Shown here: piece by piece, positions 1 through 12,410 of the stretch
Numbering within the stretch: position 1 is the first letter of the stretch
Layout: each line of letters starts with the position of its first letter
Assembly (NCBI GenBank): GCA_905178155.1
Contig: CAJINV010000003.1
Span: 5,547,985 to 5,611,984 of the forward strand
Length of the DNA: 64,000 bases
Origin: Amoebophrya sp. A120
Lineage: Eukaryota; Protista; Dinoflagellata
Reading direction: 5' to 3'
Translations under genes and position numbers: made by a program
Notes under the pieces: model-generated
What the model was told of the DNA's origin: nothing
What the model saw: the letters and a program-made list of their open reading frames with translations, nothing else
Database searches by the model: none

Positions 1-170
1 CCCACTCTCAGCTGCCTCCTATCATGCTGAAGATGCAAGGCTTCCCCACGCCACCCAGCACTACAGTCCGCATCTTTTCCCGTGTAGCATGACAAAGCTG
101 ATTTGTGACAACAAATCTGCATCACAGATTTCCGTTTTGATATGGGGAGAGGGGATTTTTCCTTTTGATA
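1..170 (-). mobile_element. Introner-like intron, truncated by window edge (TIR family D)
   Basis: 121-170 (cacagatttccgttttgatatggggagaggggatttttccttttgata) resembles the ends of element 16040-16371; contains GCATGACA/GCATCACA; ORF 61-702 runs into it after ...VPYPD. Confidence 0.55.
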
Positions 171-3100
171 TGTCCGGATACGGCACCACGCGATGGCTCT
201 CGCCCTGTCCGGCGTACACCGTAAGACTCTTCAAGGCCAGCCGGCTGTACCGGTTCGCAGTGGGGGTCGTAAAGCCCTCTTTTGTCAAGGATTGCCGCCC
301 GAACTCGGGCGGGATAGCAGGCTGCTCCACGAACAAGTAACGGCCTTGCCGCGAGGAGCATTCGACAGACAAGTGGTCGCTTTGTTGGTTGTGGTCGGTG
401 GCCATGTCCTTGATACGGGTGTACCAATAGGCATCACTACCGTCGCCATTCAATTTCTGCCGAACCGACTCGCACTCCAAAAAATCCACGCCGCGTGTGC
501 CCTGCTGACAACCGCTGACCGCATCGCCCTGGTAACCAGACATGCTTGCGCTACCGCAGGGCGTGTCCGTGCGCAACCCGACTGCCAGGTTACCCCGAGC
601 GGTGCCCATGGGATTGCTGCATTGCCCCAGCTCGCTTTCTGTTACCGTCCTTCGGTCGAAATATAACGACCAGCAGTCGCCTTGCTCCAGACCCAGAATC
701 ACTTGCCCAACCGAGAACGCCGCTGATCCAAAGTCGACTTGGTACCAAGTATGGAAGCGTCAGGTTTGAAATCGACACAGTTGAAATGATTTGTCATGCA
801 TACCCGACTGCACCACATCAAAAAACTTTGCACCGTCGCCGCAAGCAGCTTCGGACGCAGTTGAAATGATTTGCCATGCATAAAATGCAAGGCACGAAGT
901 GACGGGCTTGCAGGGATGGCAAGTGAGGCCGATTATGAGCCTGTTTAGGGTTTGCAATAAAGCTGCTAAAGTAGCATGACAAAATCAGTCATCTGTGCCC
1001 AAACAGCGCGACAGACTGGATTTAGACGGTGCCGAAATTTGTCATACATGTACCGCTTAGAAATTGGGCTTCCAACTGGTATCGATTTTATGCATTACAA
1101 GTTATTTCAACTTTGTCGATTTCAATCCTGACACTCCCATACCAAGGCGCTCGATCGTACTGGCTGGTGTGAAAGGATCCAAGTTGCTGGAATGGTAGGG
1201 CGGCGATAATAGGTCGCAGGTTTGTTGTCGCGCTGCTCCAGGACGAGCTGGAAAACGCGCCCTGTACCACAAGCGCATCGGTATCGCGGCGGCGAAAGTG
1301 ATAGCTCCAACTCCCGGACGCCACCGTTTCGGATACGCTGGTGCCGCTCCCAATGTCCTCAACTTTGCAACGCATACCAGAATCCCGTGCTGTCAGGGTG
1401 CGGGTCTCACGAAGGCGGAGGCTGATCTGAGACCGCATCCAGCAGTAGCACCTCGCAATGAACCCGCTGTCATGCGACGACTGCCCCATAATTTCTTCTC
1501 CCCGTGTGTCCGCGCGATTCAGAACGGCAAGCTCCAGGTTGTCCGCACCAACGGAAAGGCACAGCCGCGCACAGGGCTCCATGGCAATCCCGTCCAACGA
1601 AGTGCCCTTGGGGTCCCCGAAGAGAACATCGTGACGGGTGCGGATCTCCGGCAGGTGGGCCAAAGGGGTGAGCTCTGTGTGGTCGTGGTAGCAGTGCGTA
1701 CCTTCATATGCCCACCGGAACGACCCCGCTGTGTGGAAATTTTTTAGCGTGCTTGCCGGTGCGTTGAAGAGCAAAGAGGCTACGCATCGCGCCTTGACTA
1801 GCGTCGCCAACCAGCGATCCGTAACGTTGCTGGTGCTGTAGCGCGGTGTGGCGTCGTCGGGGTCATATTTGAACCTGACCCTCACAGAATTCAGGGTCAC
1901 GTCTGCGAGGGCACCTCCCGCTTTCGTGCCCCACGTCTTCCCAGAAAGTTCATTTCCCGGGCCCTCCAGCTTTTCCCCCCGTATACGGAGTCTCTGTATG
2001 CAGCATCTTGTTGATGTGGTACAGCTATGCGCCCCATCATGCAGAAAGGTATTATCCATCTCATTATCGCGCGCGCCTGAAAGGGAACCAAGCTCCGCAG
2101 TGGCGCCGGTAGAAGGAGAAGCTTGGCAAACCGCGTTCAAATAATTATCCAGTGCCCACAACATCTCGTCACCCCCTTGCTCTTCGTTCACTCGCACGTC
2201 CTTAAACATGCTTTGCATGTCGGTCACTTTTCCCATTTTCATCACCGTTGGCGCATATTTGGTGTTGTAGCCAAATTGCAACTGCCTTCCTGCGCCTTCG
2301 AACATGCTTCGCGTTTCTGCCAAACTGTCCCACCCCCCCCCTCCCTCCCCCACCGTATACTCCAGGTTGCCAATAAACTTCAAAGATCGGCAGCCGTAGA
2401 ACATGTCCTTGGTCGACACGATCCCGATCGTGTTCATATAGTCCATCTCCAAATATTCCAGGTTCTCGCACCCTCGAAAAGCAGCCGTAAGGGATACGGT
2501 GCGCGCTGTGAGAAGTGCAGGAGTCACCGAGGCTCCTGAGAATTGCGGTCTCCAGAGTCGTTTCATTCTGCTGGCTCCAAAGAACGCTCCATCAAGGAAA
2601 TTAGCCGGTGTGCGGTGAAAATGCACCTCGATAATGGAAGACTGAAACCGAAGCATTTCGGGATCTGGATCATCACAGGAACGAGTGTCAGCCAAAACGT
2701 CACCCGCCACAAGGGCACCGCAATAGCGGGACCCTGGTCGGAGGCCCCAACCGATTTCTTTGTGCGCATTGTTTTTGTGGTTGTTACCGAGATCATAGCA
2801 CTGCCAGCTACCGTCTTTGTAAAGCTGCCAACCTTTTATTTGGAAGACCTGCTGGTTTTTATCCTTCGACTTAGGATAGTAAGTTAGCTTATCTTTCCAC
2901 TCCTGCTGGGTGTCACCGTATCCTGATTAAAAACGTCCCCACACCAGAGTCGAGATGGAAAATCTGCTAGACAAATCAACTAGCTTTCGTTGTTTGGCAT
3001 GACAAGCTTGTCCTCATACTGTAATCCTGTTTAGCTAGTTCAGAAGCATCACAGATCTAGCATAGCGTGCTGATCCTAGCATCACAAATTCCAAAACGCG

Positions 3101-5374
3101 AAAAGAAAATGCTTCTCATAGAGCTCCGCATGAGAAACTTTCTTGGCATGCAGAATTGCATGACAACTATGGACGAGTGGGGATGATTTTACACGGGATA
3201 CACCGTCTGCCTTATATATCCAGCCCCCGCCGTCACCATCCCCCCAATCCACGTAGAACCTTATCCCTATGGGAGTGTCAGGATCGACATCGACAAAGTC
3301 GAAAAATTTGTGATGCGTAAAATGTAGGGCACTCAAGGCCTGTATTGGGGAGCAGGCAAATGAGACCCATGGCAAGCCTGTGTAGGGCTATACAATATGC
3401 TGCCAGAATAGCATGGCAGGAGCAGTCTTCTTTGCCCAAACAGCATGACAGACTAGATTTGGGTGCTCCCGAAATTTCTCATGCGCCACTTGGAAACTGA
3501 GGCTCTAACTGGCGCCGGTTTTGTGCATCATTTTTCGATTTTGTCAATTTCGATTCTGACATTTCCATAATCCCGCCAGTGTTTGTATTGGCCATGTAGG
3601 TGTCCACGGGGACCGCCACTGGGTCACGCGTTTGGAAATCTATTAAAGTGAAAAATGCCCCCACCCCCGAACCTGGGAGCATTTGCATTGCAAACCTTTC
3701 CAAGTGAAACACTCGCCCTGTTGCATCTATCAGTATCACAGGTTATTTCCAATCGTAAATGGCAAAAATTTGCATTGCAAAAGACCCAAGCAAGAGTGGC
3801 GCTTGTCATGCAAGCGATGCGACATAAGCCTAGACTCTGGATCAGAAAGATTCATACTTCTTTCATGCGTGACAGTTTTCTTTTGGAAACTTCGCATCAC
3901 AAATCTTTGCGATTGCGACTTTGGGGGTGGGGGTATTTTTCACGGTAATAAACTCCATGATAAACTTACTCGTGACGTCACCGCAGCCAGAACCGTTTAC
4001 CACCGCGAACAGCAGGGACGGAATGAGAAATAAAGCGACAGTGCGTACTAAATGTATCAGACCACGTAGCCGCGTTCGAAGGGCCCCTGGGAGGACGTGA
4101 AGCTGCGCGAAGGCGGTAGATGTAACGTGTGAAAACGTCCCCGCCGCGAAACCAAGTTGGGAACTCTTGGCGTGCTGCAGCTGCACAAAATATAAAAATC
4201 CCCTTTTTGTAGAGTCCTCACGGGTTGCAAATTTCTATCTGCAGTGATGCACTTGCGCTGGTTGGCAAGGACAGCCGCATCGCCGAGACCACGCGTGCTC
4301 ATCCTCAACATCCCGTTTACAAGATTTACAAAAGGCGACTAGAAGAAAGGCCCCTGATAGAAATAAGCTCTGCCACTGCCTCTGGTGTCTCTGTGTCTGT
4401 CCCTGTCGGTGTCGACACAAAGAAATCTGCATGACAAAACTGGGGTGGGGAAAACTTTTACTCAGGATAGTGCACCTCGAACATTTACGCCGTGTTGCTG
4501 TCGACGCGGCGAGACAGAGCGGCGAAGGGTCCTCGTAGCACGTCCTTTTGCGATGAAGCCGCACCACTGGAAGATTGATGTCCGCAAAAATCCGACGAAA
4601 CAGAATTATGGCGCGGTGCAAGTAGACGAGTACTAGTACGTGCAACGAGGCCGCAACTCCAGATGAAAGCCAGGTTCGTACAGCCTGCAGCTGGATGTTG
4701 GAACAACAAAAAAGGCGATAGCGAACCTCGTCAGGAGCTAAAACGGTCGTCGAAGGCACCGATGCGGTGGCAGCCGAGTCGCGGTGCAAACAGGTGATTG
4801 CAATAATGCCACTATAATTGAGCAGACCACTCGTCTGCGGCTTCGGTAGAAGTGCTGTCCACGTTTTTACCAATCTGTGCCAACACACCACGTTGGCGCT
4901 CCTGCTCCTCCGCACGCACACTGCAACTCGACATATAATTCGACGGAGCTGTTCCACCTCCTGGTACAAATGGAGTGTACTGATCTCTCGCAGAGTGACG
5001 ACAAGGAGAAGCCCTCGTCTCGACGACGTCGAGGACTTCAGTAGCGACCCCGTCCTTTTGATCAGATCGATACTGTGGCCATCTCTTGCCGCGCAACGCC
5101 TCTTTTTCCGCCTTCCTGGTGTCATTCCGTAGTTATTTCCGGAACTAGAAGCACAATGGCGTAGCACCCTGTAGCAAGCTCTGTAGACGCAGCTGTGCCA
5201 ACGGAACCACAAAAAACGGCTAATCCTCAGTAAAGATAACGTCCCCACCCGCCCATAGTCAGGATGCCGATGCGAACTCCGCAACACAAAACTAGAATTC
5301 GAAAGTGTTGCGGTGCACCCACGGCGAACTTGAAATTGTAGCAAAGTGGTGGCTAGCGAGTCTAGACGGATCAC
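1..5374 (-). CDS. Multi-exon secreted/surface protein with VDWGDG motif, DUF285/BspA-like repeats, Cys-rich PAN/WSC-like segment and F5/8C (discoidin/F-lectin)-like motif; continues beyond window start; start codon uncertain
   Basis: ORFs 4235-5374, 3863-4186, 3479-3739, 3082-3375, 1088-2710 and 61-702 join in frame when five IR/DR introns are removed: ...CSRC|TAFAQ...VALFLIPSLLFAVVNG...IME|FQTRDP...NTGG|IRFYVDWGDG...ADG|DTQQEW...; STKDMFYGCRSL / TRSMFEGA / VTDMQSMF; FHTSQYDRAPW|YQVDFG. Confidence 0.7.
750..1141 (-). mobile_element. Non-canonical introner intron, TIR family B
   Basis: About 38-bp TIR (tatggaagcgtcaggtttgaaatcgacacagttgaaat / atttcaactttgtcgatttcaatcctgacactcccata); DR ccaag at 745-749 and 1142-1146; removing 397 nt gives APW|YQVDFG. 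Confidence 0.9.
2919..3200 (-). mobile_element. Non-canonical introner intron, TIR family C
   Basis: TIR tatcctgattaaaaacgtcccca / tggggatgattttacacgggata; DR caccg at 2914-2918 and 3201-3205; removing 287 nt gives an open frame into ORF 1088-2710. Confidence 0.85.
3268..3569 (-). mobile_element. Non-canonical introner intron, TIR family B (homologous to 750-1141)
   Basis: TIR tatgggagtgtcaggatcgacatcgacaaagtcgaaaaa / tttttcgattttgtcaatttcgattctgacatttccata; DR atccc at 3263-3267 and 3570-3574; internal similarity to 750-1141; gives TGG|IRFYVDWGDG. Confidence 0.9.
3641..3950 (-). mobile_element. Non-canonical introner intron, family C-like
   Basis: TIR tattaaagtgaaaaatgcccccacccc / ggggtgggggtatttttcacggtaata; imperfect DR aaatc/aactc; gives IME|FQTRDP. 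Confidence 0.8.
4121..4469 (-). mobile_element. Degenerate introner intron, family C
   Basis: tgtaacgtgtgaaaacgtcccc / ggggaaaacttttactcaggata; DR gtaga/gtgca; removing element+5 joins ORF 4235-5374 to ORF 3863-4186 in frame. Confidence 0.7.
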
Positions 5375-5534
5375 AGACCCACACTCAGCGTCTCAACAGC
5401 CTCCTGGTTAGAGCATTTAACATCACCTCGCCCAACGTGACCACCAGGAAAGAAAACCAGTCATGAAGAGCCGTATCATGACAAACATCCTGAGAATGCA
5501 GATTTGCAGCACGGGGACGATTTTAGTCAGGATA
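5222..5534 (-). mobile_element. Possible degenerate introner, family C
   Basis: aatcctcagtaaagataacgtcccc / ggggacgattttagtcaggata; DR not conserved. Confidence 0.45.
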
Positions 5535-6188
5535 CTAGCCCCAGAGTAGCTACTGATGGGCACGTCGTGCTGTGGTGGCACCTCCAAACCATCTCTAACA
5601 GGTGCGCGACGCAGTGATTTTTGTATTTTCCCCGTGCTGCTCGAGGGACGACCAACGCCGACGACCCTGATATATCGCAAGAAAAAACTGTTTCACTCTG
5701 AACCTCTGATGCAGAGGGCGCAAGAACGCAGGAATCCTTGTCTTGCTTCACAAGCTTACTTGATGCAAGACAGTGGAGCTTTTTCGTTAGGGACATCGCA
5801 TATCAATTTGATAATTCCTGTTCGGTTTATTCATGTCCTTACAATCAATGAACTTGCGGTGCGGTTGAAATCCTACAACGCGTGAAACGCGTTTTTCGTA
5901 CAATAAGATAGCGGGGAAGAGGAATATCGTTCCGAGATCGTCCTCTCCGTTCACCCCACAGCCTCCGCGTCTCCAAGATCGTCTACTTCCGAAGAAAGCC
6001 CGTCCGAAGAAAGCAGCAGCTTGCGGGGACGGACGGCGCGTTATCGCCTCTTCCGGATACCTCCACCCCTCTGCCCAACATCTTAATATCTCCAATGAGA
6101 ATACGTCCAGGTCGGGAGAAATTCAGCATTTTAATTTTTTGCTGGCAGCAACATGCACAGAAGTTATATATTATTTTACAACATGACC

Positions 6189-6423
6189 CATACTGTAAAT
6201 GTCTGTGTTGTATTAAGCCCGAGCACCATGGTCGTCTCTTTGAGTACATCTTGATCCGTATTGTGCTGCAGGAGAACGAGAAACTACGCCTTTTCCGCTT
6301 TAGCACAAATTAGACTCCTTTTGCTGCTCAGGGTGTACTACAGATTTTGTTTTTTGAGTTGTCCAATAGCAGCATCACAGGTTAGTTGCGCTCTTGCAGA
6401 CCCCGACATATTTGCAATGCGTA
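6189..6423. mobile_element. Degenerate introner, family A
   Basis: Right end tgcagaccccgacatatttgcaatgcgta matches the family A TIR; left end is decayed (catactgtaaatgtctg); DR tgacc/tgatc. Confidence 0.5.
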
Positions 6424-6750
6424 TGATCTTAGTGGGTGGAGGTACTATCCTGTGTAAAAGCAACGTGTCTTGCAAATTTTGCGCCCAGTGCATTTTCCGC
6501 GCAGTGCGACGAGAAGGAGGGTCATCCATGACGAATGCCAACGATTGAAATACCCTAGCCCGGAACAAGCCGGTTGCTCCACAACTAGCAAAAAGTCTAC
6601 TCTCGCACTCGCTAAAGAATTTCTATAACCTTCCCTCTCGGCTCCTGCTAATATAACACGATATTCATCTTACCACAACGAAATGTAATGTGGCACTACC
6701 TCCATATCAAAGCGCATGTCCATCTTGCTCGCATCGCGCATGCAGGGCCG

Positions 6751-9444
6751 TACCACGACAACGACACTTTCCAATCCGAATCCAGAGAGTGATGTGGTAG
6801 AGGTAGGAACCAGGTACCCTTGGACCAGGTACCCTTGGACCAGGTACCCTTGGACCAGGTACCCTGGGACCAGGTACCCGGGACCAGGTACCCTGGGACC
6901 AGGTACCCTGGGACCGGGTACCCTGGGACCAGGTACCCGGATGTGGGCACCCGGACCGGAGATGCGGATACCCGGGTGTGGGCACCTTTTCAACTTTGAG
7001 TTGAAAAAAAAAAGTCACACGAAAACTCAAGCGGTTTCACGTCTGGACGTCCACACCTGGGCACCGGCTGCCCGCATCTCCGTCCCCGGGTTCCCGGATG
7101 TGGGCACCCGGTACGCAGATGTAGATGGCCGGATATGGGTAGCGGTGCCCGCATGTGGGCACCCGGTGCCCAGATGTGGATATCGGCTGTGGCTTTGGGC
7201 GCCTGGTGCCTAAATGTGAGTACCAGGATGTGAGCACCTCGCGCCCGCCGGATGTGGGAGCCCACCTCTTCAACTTTAGCTAGCAGAAAGTGACGCGAAA
7301 AGTCAAGCGCTTTCACATCTGGATATCCACATCGGGGCACCGGGTGCCCACATCTCCGGACCCGGGTGCCCGGCGAGGGGCACCCGGTGCGCAGATGTGG
7401 ATGCCCGGATGTGGGTACCGGTCCGGGTGCCCACGTCCGGATACCCGGATGTGGGCACCCGGTACCCAGACGCGAATGCCCGGACGTGGGCCCCCCGTAC
7501 CTCTTCTCATAGGGTGCCCAGCCCTTGTAGGCACCCACGGAACATGGTACCCCGGTCCGCCGTTTTTAAAGCCGGGGGAGGCCGCTTCTTTCTTCATGCT
7601 AAATGATACAGCGCAACCCAGTACGCCGCTCTGGCCGCCCGGGAGCGAGCACCCTGGTACGCGAAAAACGAACCCACCCACCAAACTGTCAACCCGAGCG
7701 CCGCTGGTCAAGCATGGCAACCTTCCAGACCCAGACAAGTTTGCAGCGCAGACATACTCGGCAGCGCAGACTACTGCGACGGAGTGTGTCGATTTTGGTT
7801 TTCGCGACAACGACACTTTCCAATCCGACAACGACACTTTCGGGCCGTACCACGACAACGACACTTTCCAATCCGAATCCAGACGGCAGGGGGGCTAGAT
7901 GTGTCTGGCCCCACGAGCGCCCTCCGCCGGATTTTGTTGCCGGGGGCTTGCTCCTACGCTCGGCCTCCGCCTTTCGAAACAATATCGCGACCCAAATCCC
8001 CAAGGGCTTTCGGCCTTTCCGCCGTTTATCGGAAATACTCCGGGCGCGTGCCGCGGTGCCGCCTTTATGCGGGCCGGGCCCGCCCGAGGTGGGTCGGGCC
8101 GGGGCCCACCGCGGCAGGGCCTAGCGAATTCCCCTGCCGAAGCCGGGAAGCGAAGGCGAAACATTTGGGGGCCTGTTTGGGGGGCATCATTCGCCGCGGT
8201 TTCGCGCTTTTTTGGGGGGCATCTTTACCCCCTTCCGGGGGCCTTTCCGGAGGGGGCCTAGCCGCCGCGGCTTTTCCGGGCGGGCCTGTTCCACCTTTGG
8301 CCGCCTGGGCAGCCGCGCGGCCCCCCAAAGGCATCGGGGGGCGCTTGGGCCCGCGAAAGGCATACTGCCACTTTTAGCCGCCCGCCACATAAATCAAAAG
8401 GCCGCCCCGGGGTCTCCCGCCTGAATTCTCCGGGGGCCCACGGCCGGGGCTGGGGGTGGGGGTTTCGCAAAAAGAGCGCGCTATGGGCTAGCCGGGTGGG
8501 CAGGGCCCGGCACGCGCGATCCGGCGGGCCATTGTCGAGCCGCCGCAACCAGTTCACCACGGCTGCCCTGCTAGGGCCCTGGGCAAGGCTGCTGGCCCGG
8601 CCTGCCCAACTACGCACAGGAGGAAAGATTGTTAGCCCATGACAGAACGCACGCCGGCGCGCGCTCGCCCCCTGCTTGTAGTGGCGGGGGCGGGGGCGCG
8701 GCGGCCTCGGCTTGTATTCGTGGCGGCCCTGGCTTTCTTCCGGGGCCTACACCTCTTGCCCATGCTTCGGCTTCGGCTTTCGGCCTTCCGCTCGGTGGGG
8801 CGAGCGTACGGCGGCCCCGCCCCCCATGGTGCGCGCCCGTGGTGGCGCCCTGCGTAAGATCCTTGGCGACAAGCAGCGCCGCGGCGTCCCAACTTTAAGG
8901 GGCGCTGCCTCTGTGATTGGCCACGGAGCCATCGGGTGCGTCTGTGTGCCCGCAACCACAGAGGGGGCGGCGGCAAGTCCCTCGCCAGGGAGGCGGCGCG
9001 CCAAATCCCTGGGAAAGCGAAAACGCGCCCTGATGTGGCGCGGCATCGTCGGCGTCTTGGCAAGCTGTTCCCGGCCTCGGTTTGCTCTCAGTGTGGCAGC
9101 TTGGCGGGGCGCGGGCACCTACAACACTCAGGACCGTGCTCCCAGTTGCACCTGGGGAGGCCGCGGCGCCTGGCTAACAGCGAAGGCCCCGCGGCGGGCC
9201 CGCGAAAAAGTGGGGCTCGGAGGAGCTGGGCACGGCCGGCCACCAAGCTGACAGAAACACGCCTTGCAGGAATGGGGCGCGATGTCTTCGAGTGTTGCCG
9301 GGCTGCTCGGATCCCCACTCGTGATGGGGAAAAAATTTCACATCAAAATTTTCAGCATACTTGAGAAAAGCGCACCTGACGCCGCCATATGCAAGGCCAT
9401 ACCACGACAACGACACTTTCCAATCCGAATCCAGAGAGTGATGT
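6751..9444. repeat. Segment bounded by an exact 45-bp direct repeat, with stuttered internal copies at 7805-7883
   Basis: taccacgacaacgacactttccaatccgaatccagagagtgatgt at 6751-6795 and 9400-9444. Confidence 0.9.
6808..7560. repeat. Palindrome-rich tandem/degenerate repeat (15-bp ccaggtacccttgga units, then atgtgggcacccgg units)
   Basis: About nine GGTACC-centred units at 6808-6940, followed by many ggatgtgggcacccgg variants in both orientations. Confidence 0.9.
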
Positions 9445-10209
9445 AGCGGCTCAACATACCTTCGCAACCACCAGTGCCAAATGCAAATCGTGCCCCCCTC
9501 TTCCAAAAGCCGAGCCTTCGAAGACGGCCATCCTTTTGCACCCTCGTCTGGCACTGGGAGGGGTAGGGAACGACAACGACATGCTGCAAAAGGTGCATTT
9601 CTAGCACACACCACGCAACGGGAACGTTTGATGTACACAGGATAGTACAACTGGTGCTCCCTGTATGCAACGGAAAAAGTGCTACAGTTAGATCACACTG
9701 TGTTGCAGGCAACGCAAGACATGATCCCACCACATAATAAGTATGTGTAGCAGCCTAGTGGTGCTACTAGCTTCACACATGTAGTTGATTTCCCTTGTGA
9801 TCTCTGAATTTTCCTTGCAAGTTTATTTCTCATTCTCTCACTCTGGTGTGATACAAACTTGCTAAGGGTACCACACATGATGTCCTCGTGTAAGTGTATA
9901 TACTTTTTTCTTGGGATACCCCGCTGGTGATTCTGCGGACCGAGGGGTAACATCCAACCGGGTCTTTTCCGTCCCCCTATCAAAGAAAAAAAGTTCGTCA
10001 CGATCACTCATGCGCATTTTTGCAATTGTTTGTCATGCGTAAAAATGCATCACAGCCAAACTTCATTAAGGATTTCCCTAGTGTTTCTGCAATATAAGGA
10101 AAGTTTGTGATGATTTGTAATGCAAAACCTGCAAGTTAGTGACTGTGACAAACTTTTTTCTCTCCATACCCCCGGCTCATTTGCTACTCAAGGGGCAGAC
10201 GAGCTCGTG

Positions 10210-10543
10210 TGTCCGCTGTAAATATGTCTGGGTCTAGAACAAACTCCTGATGCTGAGGGGCGACAATTGAGCATGCCCTCGAGCTCGGTGTGGGTGTCGT
10301 GTTGAATACAGCTGCGCTGCATGACAAACTTTTTTCAAGATGATGCTCATCATGCTTTTATTTTGTTTGCTACGCATCACGAGGAACTGTTTTATATTCA
10401 TTAATTTTGCATATCGAAATAAAAGCGACCGCGCTCCGCCTCCTTCTATCTTTTGTTCTTCTTGGTCAACTACATGCAAAACAGCTTTCTAGTCTGCAAG
10501 ACAGGTTCCAATTTTCCTCACCCAGACAAGTATGCAGAGGATA
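10210..10543. mobile_element. Degenerate introner, family A
   Basis: tgtccgctgtaaatatgtctgggtctag / cccagacaagtatgcagaggata; internal GCATGACA; DR not conserved. Confidence 0.5.
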
Positions 10544-10580
10544 CACTGCCTGACTTGGCTGCAAAAGCGCCACTTGCTGC

Positions 10581-10841
10581 TATGGATTGCAAAAATGTCT
10601 GGGTCTGGATGAAGCTTGTGATGCTAAAATGTGGATGATGGAAACAGTTCCGAATGTAACACAGCATGACGACTTTTCAGAACGCTTTCTCATAGGAAGG
10701 CCGCGTGAGAAACTGCGTTTTTGCGTGTACGAAAGAGGCTGCGACTTTTGTTGGCTATGACATACCGATTTCCTAGGTATGGAGAGCTAGCATTACAAGT
10801 TGCAACCTTCCAGACCCAGACATTTATTTTTGCATTTGATA
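10581..10841. mobile_element. Introner, family A (reverse-complement homologue of 63176-63435)
   Basis: TIR tatggattgcaaaaatgtctgggtctgga / tccagacccagacatttatttttgcatttgata; DR ctgc; whole body aligns to the reverse complement of 63176-63435. Confidence 0.85.
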
Positions 10842-12410
10842 CTGCTGATCTACTGCAAAAGCGCCGCGTCCTGCTTGCACGCAGAGGTGGCGGATTTCAA
10901 AGCCCTCCTGGTCTTAAAAAACAAGCTGAAGCTTGCTTGTTCCTCTTCACGTCAGTGCCAGTTGCTCCGTTCGTACAACTTCCCGCACGCGGATGGTGAC
11001 GGAGGCTGCCGCGTGATGTCGTGTAGGCTTCATTGACCACTTCTCAAACTTCCTTCGGACCTTCGGCCATGACACGACAGCAATGTTGAATGGCGCCTGT
11101 GGCCAGCTTGTTGTAGTCGGTCTGCACATACATGTACTTTTTAAATCCCTCGATTAGTAGTTCCACTCCACTGAACCAAACACGTAGATCATCGGAAGAC
11201 TAGCTGCAGCTAGGCCTTAGGTCGTTGCACCACTCAAATACAACTTGGATGACAAGGGGAATGAACACGATGCCGATGCTGGTGAGCTGGGTATATAAAA
11301 AGAAGATGAAGAACGCAAACACTCCGAACACATGAGGGCCCTCGGGCTCGGGCGTCGGCTCTGCATGAGAGTAGAGAATGACGTAGAGACATAAATGGAG
11401 CATACTTCATATCCATGTTGTTCCTCAAAGAACATACAAGCAGGAGGGAAGACCAGCACGACAACGTCGCATCTACATGTTGTTCATCTACCATCTTCGT
11501 GCTGTAGTGTAGTTTGCGCACTCTGTGGAGTAAGGTCGGCGTGCCGTTCAAGACTGCTGCCGCCCTCTCAACAAAGCAGCCAAAAGCAAAACGCCGACCC
11601 CCTTCCGTAAGTATCCAGTTCCGGACGGCCAGTCCAATATTCAATAAGCGTGCTTGTTGCTACGATACACTTGCTTCCCGACACGTCACTAAATTCCTAT
11701 TCCAAGAAAATTTTCATCAGCCTAGTCCGAGCAGCAAAGCATGAATTTGAATTGCAAGCTGCCACGTGGCAATTACAAATCAAAAACAAAATCATCATCA
11801 TGTCCAGATCCGCTCCTGGGCCACACGATTTTGAAGACGGCAATAAATGAGTTAGTAAATTCAAATTCCGCTACTCGCATGTGGATGAAATGGCGGTGAA
11901 ATCAGTGCAATAAAGAATGAATATGGCCAATTACTGCACTGCAATGCAGTTCGGCGACGTTTCGCGTTCTATTCTCCTTCGTTCCTGCCTTGTGGGTCCA
12001 ACTGTATCTGTTGTCCTTGTTGCGAGAAAATAAATAACTCCCATTGGCACCAAAAATCATCCTGATATTAAGTCATGCTCATGACTGCAGGCCGCAGTTT
12101 CTTGGGCGACAGCAAAGCTTGATTTCGGAATGATACGAGAGGTCAACAATTTCGGTCGGTATCCCTTTGCGACCTTTTTCTTGAGATTCCATCAAGGTGT
12201 AACATCTTCAGGTCGGTGCCCTGCTGATTTAAAAGAGAGCAAAAACTTGCGAAGTCCCACCTTGGCGAAGAACGCGCACCACCCTTGTCGTGTGAAGATG
12301 AGTGCCACCTTCTTTAATATTCCCTCGGTGTTCCGAGACTTCCTTGCCGCCCAATCTTTAATTTCTTTCCCGAGCCACGTCTCGCTCTCGTCCCTCCTGT
12401 GGTGCTACTG

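Larger units (their letters stand above)
6446..9644. mobile_element. Possible family C introner enlarged by a nested 2.65-kb insertion
   Basis: TIR tatcctgtgtaaaagcaacgt / acgtttgatgtacacaggata; 4-bp DR gtac at 6442-6445 and 9645-9648. Confidence 0.5.

Noticed and set aside
6670-9364. Many overlapping ORFs of 100-200 aa
   Set aside because: Products of GC-rich, stop-poor, low-complexity repeat sequence in all six frames; no protein-like features
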